A DNA stretch of 42,109 bases from an uncultured Elusimicrobium sp. (lineage in GTDB: Bacteria; Elusimicrobiota; Elusimicrobia; Elusimicrobiales; Elusimicrobiaceae), in NCBI GenBank assembly GCA_902781765.1, contig CACZKQ010000010.1:1-42109 (forward strand). The letters are read 5' to 3'. Position 1 is the first letter of the stretch. Each line of letters opens with the position of its first letter. Below are positions 17,040 to 25,718 of the stretch, piece after piece. The notes below the pieces were generated by a model. It made no database searches. It worked only from the letters and a program-made list of their open reading frames with translations, and was not told the origin of the DNA. A program made the position numbers and the translations under genes.

Positions 17040-20000
17040 TTATTTTAGGTATTTATCTAAAATAGCCTGTTTTTGTTGTTCTGATTGGGTTATAGATGAC
17101 TGAGCCTTTGCAATCTGTTGTTCCAGTTTTTCAATCTCTTTAACAATACGTTGTTGGTCTTTTAGTGAGGGAACAGGAATTTTAATGTTGGCAATCGTAG
17201 ATAGTGATAGTTCAATCTGCCCACTTTGTCCGGTGGCCATTTTTTCTATATTCTTAAAACCTATGTTGTAATATAGCTGATACAGGGCATATAATGGTAA
17301 TAACTTGGTAACATCCAACCGCAAAATAGTTATATGACTATCTACTGTAAAATTACCAGAAAGGTTAAATATATTTACTCGCCCAGCAGTTCCAACACCT
17401 GTGGAATTTATTAACAAGTCGTTTGCTTGTAACAAACGTTCATCCAACTTCATATCTGCGCTAGCATAATAAGTTTTTGTCAAATCAAAGGAATGCAATC
17501 CTCTGACTTGCCCAGATTTAAGGATTTTTATACTGGTTTCAGTTGTTGCATATTTTGGAGATTTTCCACGTTTTAACAAGATGGCAAATTCTTCTAGTTT
17601 TTTATTAACAGCATCAACTTTGGAAATTCTCGCAATCTCTTGATATAGGGCATCTATTTCCTGTTTTATTGCACTGTCTTTTTGTTCTATTTTTTCTATT
17701 TCATCCACAATTTTCTGCTGTACATCCAGTGGGGGAAGGGGAATTGGAATTGCTTTAAATGTTTCCATATCTATATTTTTCTGACCTACTCCACGCCCGC
17801 AGGCATACACCATACCCTGATTTAAATATAAATACAAGTCCAGATACGCAGACAAAAGAGCACTCTCATTACGTGAAAGTACCGTAAAACCAGAATCATT
17901 TAAATAAAATTTTCCTTCTACAAAGCGCACGCAATAAGGAGACATTCCGAACCGAGATACAACATATCGGGACGTCCGATTAAAAGAATTTGTTCTAAAA
18001 GTTTCATTCCCACCGCCAAACACTGGATAAGCTGTCCCTGTGTTTGCCCTGCGCACTATACGGGTACCGTACTCCACATCAGCCACTTCTCCGATATGCG
18101 CGATATCCCATTTTGTTGTAATACTTAATCGTTTTCTTGCGTTTGTGTTAATAGTCTTTTCAAAATCAGCCCGGTCAAAGGTCATCATATCTAGTAAGTC
18201 AATACGAGAAATATTTTCTTTGAGTGATTCGTCAATGGGACTGCTCAAATCACCTTTGAATGCCTTATAAATGTATGTACTCGCTTTTTGCGGATTATCA
18301 ACGTGGGCATCAAACAGGCGTGTACACTCCTCAATAGTTTTACCACGTTGAATAGCATGGATGCCCTCTCTACCTCTTGCATGAGAGAATTCATAACCTA
18401 AAAACCGTTTTTCAGCTTCCTTTTCTCCGGTACGCACGACAACGAGCTTCTGAGGATAAGCTAAAATAAAGTAGAATAGCTTTTCTCGCTCTAAACTAAG
18501 TACCTTATTCCAAAAGTCCGATTCCTTTTTAGCAGTTAGTTTTTGGGTATATTCGCGGTAGAGGTCATGCTTGCGGACATTCTCATTTGGGTTTTTATCT
18601 AACAGAGTCAGATAATCGTCAAAAGTTAAACCTTCCCAAACGCGGCTGACATACAGCCCGACCGGATGTTCTATACCATTGATGCTACCGTCCGTATGGG
18701 TACTAAAAAACTTGTCTACTGATTTTTGCAAATTCACACTTTCATAATTGTTCCGGCGGCGTAAGAACAGCACAACCGTGTTCGTACCCGTAGCCATAAA
18801 GGTATTAGACCCCAGTTCGGTAATAGCTACAAACTCAAAGTACTTAAGCAGCAGTTCCCGGGTTTTAGTGTAGATGCCCCCATTAGTTAAAATAGAACTG
18901 GGAAGGATGATTCCGGCCATGCCCCCGTCCTTTAACAGCTGTTTCATGCGTTCCACAAACAAACATTCAATTTCTGAGCTGTTGTCGGTAAGGTATTGGT
19001 AAAGGCCAAAGTCTTGTTCGGTGTAATAATCACGCGTAGTCTGCCGGAAAGCAGATACAGAGTACGGTGGATTGCTAAGTAAAATATCAAATTGCTGATT
19101 ATCCTGCTGCTTATCGTCTTGTTTCTTGCGAAGTTTCCCTTTGTAATCTTTGGTATTTACGAAGTTCCCCAACCCGTCGCTTAAAATCACATTAGCAAGG
19201 CCGTCTCCGTGCAAGTAGCACCCCACTTTACCGACTTTTACAAGACGGTAATCCTTTTCTATACCATACACATAATCAGTGGCCCACTCATAATTAGCAC
19301 TCTGCCAGTAGTTTAACTGCTTTTTAGTGCGTTCTATGTAGCGTGTCGGGCTCTTTTTATTGATAATGTCTTGGACCTCGTGCATGTACTCTGTGATAAA
19401 GTGGCCACTTCCGGCAGCGTAATCAATCATGTACGGTAACAGGTCTCCGGTTTTGGATGAAAGGGTTTGGTCAATCATGTCTTCCAACGGTAAGCTCTTG
19501 ATGATAAACTGGGCCACCGGAACAGGCGTAAAGAACTGACCTGCTTCTTGCTTCAACCCAGTAGTAAGCAGAAGCTCAAAAAAGTCCGACAGGTACTGCT
19601 GACGTTTGTTATAACGTATCTTATATCCTTGCAGCAACTCCACCACTTCTTTGACGATTTTGGCATTTTCCACAAAGGAATCGTGGTCATATACTTCTTT
19701 GATAGCAAATTCGTTGTTTTTCTCTAAACGGAGTGTATTGATTTCCTTTAGCAACTCGGCTTTGGTTTCTTGGGATAAATGCTTGTATTTATTATCAAAT
19801 TCAGATTCGTCAAAATCACTAACGGTACGAGATAGGAAAACCTGCATCCCCTTTTTATATAGGTCTGTTAAACGCAACTGAAAGGTTACATGGTCATCCA
19901 CGCCTTCTTTCCACTGAAAGTCCAATTCGTCGTTATCCTCTTTAGAGGTTTTCTTATTAAACGCGTTGCCTTTATCTGAAACGACGTTGTGCCGTAAAAT

Positions 20001-20705
20001 TTCAAGGAATCGGTTAAAAATAAAGCTGGAATCTTCCTGATTGATAGGTTTGAGCTGACCCTTAACTAATGCCTTACTTTCAAAACAATAGGGGCTGACC
20101 CACGTTTCAAAAACACCGTTGTCTTTAGTCAGTTTGTTCCACTTCTCGTAAAAATCCTTAACATCTCCAGTTCTGTAATCGTCCTCTATCTTTACAATTT
20201 CGTTCTTATAGACGACCTTTTTACCCTGCAACGCTGAGGTATAGAGCATAATGACATCTGCTTTGTTGCTAAATTTGAAATAGGTAAATAGCTGGTCTCC
20301 GTCTTTATTCATCTTGGCGACGGCTTTGTCAAATTCTTTACCGTAGGTTTTACATTCAATAAGCAGGTACTCAGAACCGTCTTTTTCTCTGGTTACACAT
20401 ATATCCAAACGACCGGAAGTGCCATGTCCGGCTGGCCACGTCTTTTCCAAAATAAGGCAGTTTGGTTTATAACCTTTTGTAAGAAGGCGGTCAACACACT
20501 CTAGCACGACCCAGTTTTCCGCTTGAGAGAAGTTTTGCGTGGTTTTAGATTCGCTTTTGATTAGCGGGCCATAATTGATTTTTTGCTTTTGGAAGTCCAC
20601 CTCTATCACATACTGGTGGTTCGGGTAGGTCTTGGCGTACACATCAACCGCGTTTTCCTTCGGCTGGAAACCTAGAACACGTAATAAATCTTTATATCCT
20701 TGCAT
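17040..20705 (-). CDS. Single-chain restriction-modification enzyme (HsdR_N nuclease + N6-MTase + two HsdS-like TRDs)
   Basis: LD..IECK nuclease, GQFFTP, DYAAGSGHF, NPPY, two IP(L/V)P.L..QQ.IV.EIEK repeats. Confidence 0.88.
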   Translation of the reverse strand: MQGYKDLLRVLGFQPKENAVDVYAKTYPNHQYVIEVDFQKQKINYGPLIKSESKTTQNFSQAENWVVLECVDRLLTKGYKPNCLILEKTWPAGHGTSGRLDICVTREKDGSEYLLIECKTYGKEFDKAVAKMNKDGDQLFTYFKFSNKADVIMLYTSALQGKKVVYKNEIVKIEDDYRTGDVKDFYEKWNKLTKDNGVFETWVSPYCFESKALVKGQLKPINQEDSSFIFNRFLEILRHNVVSDKGNAFNKKTSKEDNDELDFQWKEGVDDHVTFQLRLTDLYKKGMQVFLSRTVSDFDESEFDNKYKHLSQETKAELLKEINTLRLEKNNEFAIKEVYDHDSFVENAKIVKEVVELLQGYKIRYNKRQQYLSDFFELLLTTGLKQEAGQFFTPVPVAQFIIKSLPLEDMIDQTLSSKTGDLLPYMIDYAAGSGHFITEYMHEVQDIINKKSPTRYIERTKKQLNYWQSANYEWATDYVYGIEKDYRLVKVGKVGCYLHGDGLANVILSDGLGNFVNTKDYKGKLRKKQDDKQQDNQQFDILLSNPPYSVSAFRQTTRDYYTEQDFGLYQYLTDNSSEIECLFVERMKQLLKDGGMAGIILPSSILTNGGIYTKTRELLLKYFEFVAITELGSNTFMATGTNTVVLFLRRRNNYESVNLQKSVDKFFSTHTDGSINGIEHPVGLYVSRVWEGLTFDDYLTLLDKNPNENVRKHDLYREYTQKLTAKKESDFWNKVLSLEREKLFYFILAYPQKLVVVRTGEKEAEKRFLGYEFSHARGREGIHAIQRGKTIEECTRLFDAHVDNPQKASTYIYKAFKGDLSSPIDESLKENISRIDLLDMMTFDRADFEKTINTNARKRLSITTKWDIAHIGEVADVEYGTRIVRRANTGTAYPVFGGGNETFRTNSFNRTSRYVVSRFGMSPYCVRFVEGKFYLNDSGFTVLSRNESALLSAYLDLYLYLNQGMVYACGRGVGQKNIDMETFKAIPIPLPPLDVQQKIVDEIEKIEQKDSAIKQEIDALYQEIARISKVDAVNKKLEEFAILLKRGKSPKYATTETSIKILKSGQVRGLHSFDLTKTYYASADMKLDERLLQANDLLINSTGVGTAGRVNIFNLSGNFTVDSHITILRLDVTKLLPLYALYQLYYNIGFKNIEKMATGQSGQIELSLSTIANIKIPVPSLKDQQRIVKEIEKLEQQIAKAQSSITQSEQQKQAILDKYLK

Positions 20706-20964
20706 AAACCCACTCCCTACCTACGCGGTAAATAACCCTTACAAGCATTATAACAAATACGGATTATTCGCAAACAGGGATTTTTGAAAGAGCGAGCACA
20801 TGTTGTAAGAGTAGCCGGGTATGGTCTTGGCTAACTTCAGCTGCCTTTTTAAGAGTTCTAAAAATTATTGGACCGCGTGTAAAAGGCATCTGGCACTAGG
20901 GGTTAAAACAGGGCAAGGTTCTTCCAGAAAATCGTCTTTGGCAGGTATTAGCGGCAGATTTGGA

Positions 20965-21038
20965 TACTGGCAGCTCTTATTTACTGAGTCCGTACGTGCC
21001 TTTGAGGGCCGGACTCAGTTATAGGTATGCTGCCAGTA
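20965..21038. other. Long imperfect hairpin near the right end of element B (candidate sso or ncRNA)
   Basis: TACTGGCAGC/GCTGCCAGTA outer stem, ACTGAGTCCG/CGGACTCAGT inner stem, GCC/GGC cap. Confidence 0.6.
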
Positions 21039-21075
21039 CGGTTTTACTTTGGTATAATAAAAGCAGGTGGAGAAG

Positions 21076-21237
21076 TTAACGGGTCAAATGGAATCGTTTG
21101 TTACAGATTTCATTATAATCTAAACCTATTGTAGTTGGAGCGACTTCATAATCACGGTCTAAGTCGTCCAGACAGACGGAAAAGACTTCCTCGTTTTCCA
21201 TTACATAGGTTATCAGTTCAGAATCCTTTTGACCCCA
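21076..21237 (-). other. Detached C-terminal tail of integrase B (open frame in phase with the att core)
   Basis: Manual translation from the core: WG-QKDSELITYVMENEEVFSVCLDDLDRDYEVAPTTIGLDYNEICNKRFHLTR*. Confidence 0.7.
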
Positions 21238-21240
21238 TAT
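21232..21240. repeat. att core 3 (ACCCCATAT), right end of element B
   Basis: 9-bp identity with core 1; immediately followed by a terminator, as expected downstream of an empty tRNA locus. Confidence 0.8.
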
Positions 21241-21248
21241 AAAAGAAT

Positions 21249-21290
21249 TAACCCCTTCAGTTCTTAAGCTGAAGGGGTTATTTTATTTTT
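21249..21290. terminator. Intrinsic terminator (probable original tRNA-His terminator, also usable by the ankyrin gene)
   Basis: TAACCCCTTCAG/CTGAAGGGGTTA 12-bp stem plus T-tract. Confidence 0.88.
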
Positions 21291-22257
21291 GCGCTGACTT
21301 TAAATAGGCTGCTACTTGGGTAAATTCGTTTTCTTCAGCAAATTGTTGCGCTGTATATCCGGCAGAATCTTTCCAACGCAATAATTGTTGTTGTTCTTCC
21401 TTAGGATGCGAAGCATAAAATCTGTTTACTATCATTTTAGTGGCTTCCAACGCAAACGCAGAAGCGGTTTCTGAAGGATAATATACAGCCGCCGTTGCTA
21501 TGATACCTTCCAACAAATGATTAGCTTGGCTAACGTTCAAATCTTTATGATTAGCAAAGGCCTCCAATACGGTTCCGCGCACTCCCTGGGATGAAAAACG
21601 CTTATAAGCGTCATCAACTGCACAGTGCATCGGAGAATGAACCAAATCTTTGTAAGGATCAAAAGTGGCACCTAATTGCAATAATTTTGTAACAGCGTTC
21701 ACATTTCCTACGCGGGCGGCATGCCATAGATAACTATTACCCGTTTCCTTGTTATTTTCATTACGGACGCCTTTTTTCCCAATTTTTTGTATTAACATCA
21801 GAGTCGTAGGTTGATGAGAATCAATCGCTTTCATCATTACGCTACGGGTAACATCAGCTTTTTTCTGAAGCATAAAAGAGGTTAGAGATGGATTGTTTAA
21901 TGCAAAAAACAAAGCATTTACTTTGGGATAGTTGATATTGGGATTTTCGTATTCCGTATTGATTTCGGCACCCTTGTCCAGTAAATAAGCCACCATATCT
22001 TGATTACCATTTTTGCTCGCAAACATAAGCGGTGTCATTCCTCTTTCATCAGACACATACGCGGCCTGCTTCTGTTTCTCCACCACTTTCTTCAAAGCCG
22101 TTAATTTATTATGTTCTGCTGCGGTGAGTGCAGCCTTTCGCACTTCTTCAGTTACAAATGAATTGGCAATCTTCGTTTGGATTGCTCCTTGGATTTGCGA
22201 AAATGCAGCAACCGAAAACACACACATAATTAGCGTGAACATAAGCACTTTTTTCAT
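21283..22257 (-). CDS. Exported ankyrin-repeat protein
   Basis: Signal peptide; GMTPLMFASKNGNQDMVAYLLDKGAEIN and further degenerate ANK repeats; GGAGG RBS. Confidence 0.88.
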   Translation of the reverse strand: MKKVLMFTLIMCVFSVAAFSQIQGAIQTKIANSFVTEEVRKAALTAAEHNKLTALKKVVEKQKQAAYVSDERGMTPLMFASKNGNQDMVAYLLDKGAEINTEYENPNINYPKVNALFFALNNPSLTSFMLQKKADVTRSVMMKAIDSHQPTTLMLIQKIGKKGVRNENNKETGNSYLWHAARVGNVNAVTKLLQLGATFDPYKDLVHSPMHCAVDDAYKRFSSQGVRGTVLEAFANHKDLNVSQANHLLEGIIATAAVYYPSETASAFALEATKMIVNRFYASHPKEEQQQLLRWKDSAGYTAQQFAEENEFTQVAAYLKSAQK

Positions 22258-22394
22258 ATTTGATTTCCTCCTTCGCAGATACCCCTATTATAAGAGAAAA
22301 AAGATATTTTGTCAATGTAATGTACGATATCTATACATATTGGACTTTTGATAAGTTTTCTAAGTAGTCTAAGATTTGTAGCGCAAGCCAAAAA

Positions 22395-22562
22395 TCAGTT
22401 TTCACCAATCATATCCATAAAGTTATAAGAAGGCCCTATTGTACCGTTCCGCATTACTCTTCCTCGTCGTACAAGTAGCACATCCCAGTAAATAATATTG
22501 ACAGAGAAGTAGTTATAAATGTACTCTATTAAAGTACCCCATATTAGATCCATAGAACTTTT
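22395..22562 (-). pseudogene. Relic LSR C-terminus plus tail spanning a fourth att-like site (core 22536-22544)
   Basis: KSSMDLIWGTLIEYIYNYF resembles integrase A end KSSKHIIWG + tail TAFNEFYNFL; 22536-22562 is 24/27 identical to 5015-5041. Confidence 0.7.
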
Positions 22563-24813
22563 AGTTCTGGGGATTTTTTTCATCAAGTTTCTTTTCAAAT
22601 TCTTCTAAGGGAAGTGGCCTGGAATATAAAAATCCCTGGGCAATATCACACCCAATGCTGCGCAAAAAGGCTGCCTGTTCTTTGGTTTCCACGCCTTCGG
22701 CTACAATTTTGCTGCCTAATTTTTTAATCATTTTGATGAGGCCGGAAATCACTTGGCGCATGCGCGGATTTGTTTCTCCGCGAGCTAAGAATTCTTTATC
22801 TAGCTTTACGCAATCAAAATCTAAGTTTTTCAGCACGTTAAGCGAAGAATATCCTGCCCCAAAATCGTCCATCGCGACCGAAAACCCCTTTGCGTGCAAC
22901 CCATCAAGTGCTTGTTGCATTCGCTCTGCATTACCGAAAACAACACTTTCCGTCAATTCCACTTCTAACCATTTGGAATCTACTCCAGCATCTTGCGCCG
23001 CGGTGGCGATAGACTCAATAAATTGAGGATCATTTAAATGTAACCTGGAAAAATTGACTCCAACCGGTACGGTGCAAAGTCCCCGGTCTTGACGGTTTTT
23101 TAGAAAAGAAATGACTTTCTGCCAAATATAATGATCTAGTTTGAGAATAAATCCGTTGTCCTCAAATACTGGAATGAACCAATCCGGGCGGATCATTCCT
23201 TTGACGGGATCTATCCACCGTACCAATGCTTCCGCTCCAACGAGATCTCCTGTTTGAAAACTATATTTTGGTTGGAAGTACACCTTAAATTGATGTTCTT
23301 CTAATGCCGTTTCCATGCTGCTTTCAATACGTTTTTCCGTTACAATTTTTTGCAGATATTCCGTATCGTAAAAAGCATAACGGCTACCGGCATGTTGTTT
23401 GGCGGTGTCCAAGGCCAGTTTGGCGCGGTCAAACATAATATAGAAGGGAATTTCATCCTCTACCAAATAAATGCCACAGGTGATTGCCAAAAGCAAGGGT
23501 TCTTGCCCAATTTGACAACTTTTTTCCAACCGGCTTATAAGCAATTCCAAGCGGCTAGCCAATTCTTCCCGGCTAGGACAATGCATGAGTAGCAAAAAAC
23601 GGTCAGCTCCGCTACGGCAACACAATTCGTTGGGTTCTACATACTGTTTTAAAATAGTTGTAATTTGGACAAGGATTTGATCTCCTTGCTCAAATCCATA
23701 CATAGTGTTTAATGCTTTAAAATGGTTGAGGTTGATTAGTACCATAGCAACTGACTTTTGTTGCGCTTTAAAAGCGGCTATACGTGAAGGAAATTTTAAA
23801 CGAAAAGCATTAAGGTTATCATTCCCGGTTAGTGAATCCACAAAACCCAGCTGATATAAAGCCTTTTCGTTTTTTCGCTCCATGTGCAAAATAAACATCA
23901 GCAATAGGCCAAGCGCACTAATAATTGCTAAACATAACACTAAAGACATCACCACCATAGATTTGATGTCTTTAGCAACAGAAGCTGCCGGTAAAATAGC
24001 CACAGCATACCAACCATTATATCCTATCGGATAATAAGACAAAAACCGTTGTTTCCCATCAAAAAAATAACTGAAGATACCTTTTTTCCCTTGTTTTATA
24101 TTGCGAAACAGTTCTTCTTTTGGGAAGTGTTTGTGCGGAATAGAAGAATTGATAACTTTAAACATGTTGCTTTCCGAAGCCGCAGGGTACGAAACAATTA
24201 CATTACCTTGAGGGTCAATGACTAAAGATAAACTGACATCCGTTAATACCAAATGGCTCAAGGCTTCTTGGTAAGAAGCAATCGGTTGCAACGCGAACAC
24301 GATCCCCCAAGGTTGTTTTTTATTCCATACGGTAGTAGCTAAAAGTAAGTTTTTTTGTTCGTCTGCAAGAGAAGGCGTATTTTGGTAAACAATAACATAG
24401 TTGTTTTCTTTGATGAAGTCCACCATTTGCGTAGTTAAGAAGAAGTTTTGTTGTTTTCCATTGGAAAATACGGTTTTTCCGTCAGGAAACTGATATCCGG
24501 TTAAGGCCAGGGAACTATGGCCGTTTTGATCATTCAAGTACGAGGCGAGGGCCTGCATATTTTCAAGTACCGGATCATCTTTTAACGAAACTGCTAACGT
24601 GGTTAAAATGCGTTGTTGTGTACTTAGCACGCGGTTGACATTCCAGGCCACTTCTTTACCGGCGGCATCTAAAATGACGTGTACGTCTTGTTCTAATCGG
24701 TGGCTAACTTGCCACCAATAGATAACCGTCCCACCCGCTACGAATATAACGGCCATTAAAATCACTAAAAAAGTTTTCTTAAATTCATTTTTTTTGTAGT
24801 TTATCATACACAA
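22561..24813 (-). CDS. Membrane dCache-GGDEF(degenerate)-EAL protein, probable c-di-GMP phosphodiesterase
   Basis: Two TM segments, Cache-like periplasmic region, SGADRF in place of GGDEF, intact EAL, DDFGAGYSS, EGVET. Confidence 0.88.
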   Translation of the reverse strand: MCMINYKKNEFKKTFLVILMAVIFVAGGTVIYWWQVSHRLEQDVHVILDAAGKEVAWNVNRVLSTQQRILTTLAVSLKDDPVLENMQALASYLNDQNGHSSLALTGYQFPDGKTVFSNGKQQNFFLTTQMVDFIKENNYVIVYQNTPSLADEQKNLLLATTVWNKKQPWGIVFALQPIASYQEALSHLVLTDVSLSLVIDPQGNVIVSYPAASESNMFKVINSSIPHKHFPKEELFRNIKQGKKGIFSYFFDGKQRFLSYYPIGYNGWYAVAILPAASVAKDIKSMVVMSLVLCLAIISALGLLLMFILHMERKNEKALYQLGFVDSLTGNDNLNAFRLKFPSRIAAFKAQQKSVAMVLINLNHFKALNTMYGFEQGDQILVQITTILKQYVEPNELCCRSGADRFLLLMHCPSREELASRLELLISRLEKSCQIGQEPLLLAITCGIYLVEDEIPFYIMFDRAKLALDTAKQHAGSRYAFYDTEYLQKIVTEKRIESSMETALEEHQFKVYFQPKYSFQTGDLVGAEALVRWIDPVKGMIRPDWFIPVFEDNGFILKLDHYIWQKVISFLKNRQDRGLCTVPVGVNFSRLHLNDPQFIESIATAAQDAGVDSKWLEVELTESVVFGNAERMQQALDGLHAKGFSVAMDDFGAGYSSLNVLKNLDFDCVKLDKEFLARGETNPRMRQVISGLIKMIKKLGSKIVAEGVETKEQAAFLRSIGCDIAQGFLYSRPLPLEEFEKKLDEKNPQN

Positions 24814-24956
24814 AATCCTTTTCTATGATACAGTTTAGCATAACTGGTATATTTTTGGGAGCTAAAAGTACGTTGCTTCAAAAAAAATAATAGGAGATCA
24901 ATAAATCGGTTTGTATTTCGTAAGTAGATTGCATGGATTTTTGGTACAATTTCTTT

Positions 24957-25718
24957 ATGCAAGAAACTTCTCCTATTTCGCTATTTATTATTGCACATAA
25001 TGAAGCGCACCGCATTGCTGCTTGTATTGAAAGCGCGCGAGGGCTGGTGCGCGAAGTGATTGTTATTGATGACTGTTCCAGTGATAATACTCCGCAAGTA
25101 GCCAAAGAATTGGGTGCTCAGGTCTTTGAGCGTAAATTTGACGGATTTACCAATCAAAAAAATTTTGCACTTTCTAAAGTAACTAGCGAATGGGCATTGA
25201 ATTTAGATGCGGATGAACGCTTAAGCCCGGAATTGAAAGCAGAAATCTCGCGGGCGGTTGCTAACGAAAAAATAGCCGGTTATGAACTACCTTTCTGTAA
25301 TTATTTTTTAGGTAAAAAAATGCGTTTTAGCGGCCTGAATAAAGAAAAGCATCTGCGCCTTGTACGTACCCAACAAGCTAACTATGTGGGGGGGCTTGTG
25401 CATGAAGGACTGGATATATCCGGAAAGATTGCCTGCCTTACCCATTGTGTGAATCATTTTTCTTACGATACAATAGAAGCTTATTTCACAAAATTTAATT
25501 CCTACACCTCTTTGGCGGCGGCGCAAATGCATCACAATGGGAAGCGTTTCCATTTGTGCAGCGTGTTGGCGCGTTTACCTTTTGAGTTTATAAAACGCTA
25601 CGTTATTAAATTGGGTTTTTTAGATGGTATGCGTGGATTGTTGTGGGCGTCTTTTTCTACCTATTACGTGTTTGTAAAATACGTAAAATTATGGCAGCTT
25701 GAGCAGGGATCTAAATGA
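24957..25718 (+). CDS. Glycosyltransferase family 2 (WaaE/KdtX-like)
   Basis: IIAHNE, DDCSSDNT, LDADE, VHE, LGFLDG motifs; start could be 24933. Confidence 0.88.
   Translation: MQETSPISLFIIAHNEAHRIAACIESARGLVREVIVIDDCSSDNTPQVAKELGAQVFERKFDGFTNQKNFALSKVTSEWALNLDADERLSPELKAEISRAVANEKIAGYELPFCNYFLGKKMRFSGLNKEKHLRLVRTQQANYVGGLVHEGLDISGKIACLTHCVNHFSYDTIEAYFTKFNSYTSLAAAQMHHNGKRFHLCSVLARLPFEFIKRYVIKLGFLDGMRGLLWASFSTYYVFVKYVKLWQLEQGSK

Larger units (their letters stand above)
12335..21240. mobile_element. Integrative element B (LSR, Rep-Xis fusion, RM cargo); integrated plasmid-like element
   Basis: Bounded by ACCCCATA cores at 12335 and 21232; integrase, replication initiator, two excisionase-type HTHs, RM gene. 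Confidence 0.85.

Noticed and set aside
20821-21024. 67-aa plus-strand ORF
   Set aside because: No recognisable features, and it overlaps the long hairpin; probably spurious.
5015-21240. Prophage or conjugative ICE
   Set aside because: No capsid, terminase, tail, T4SS or coupling-protein genes are recognisable.
22561-24813. Active diguanylate cyclase
   Set aside because: The GGDEF motif is replaced by SGADRF; only the EAL domain looks intact.
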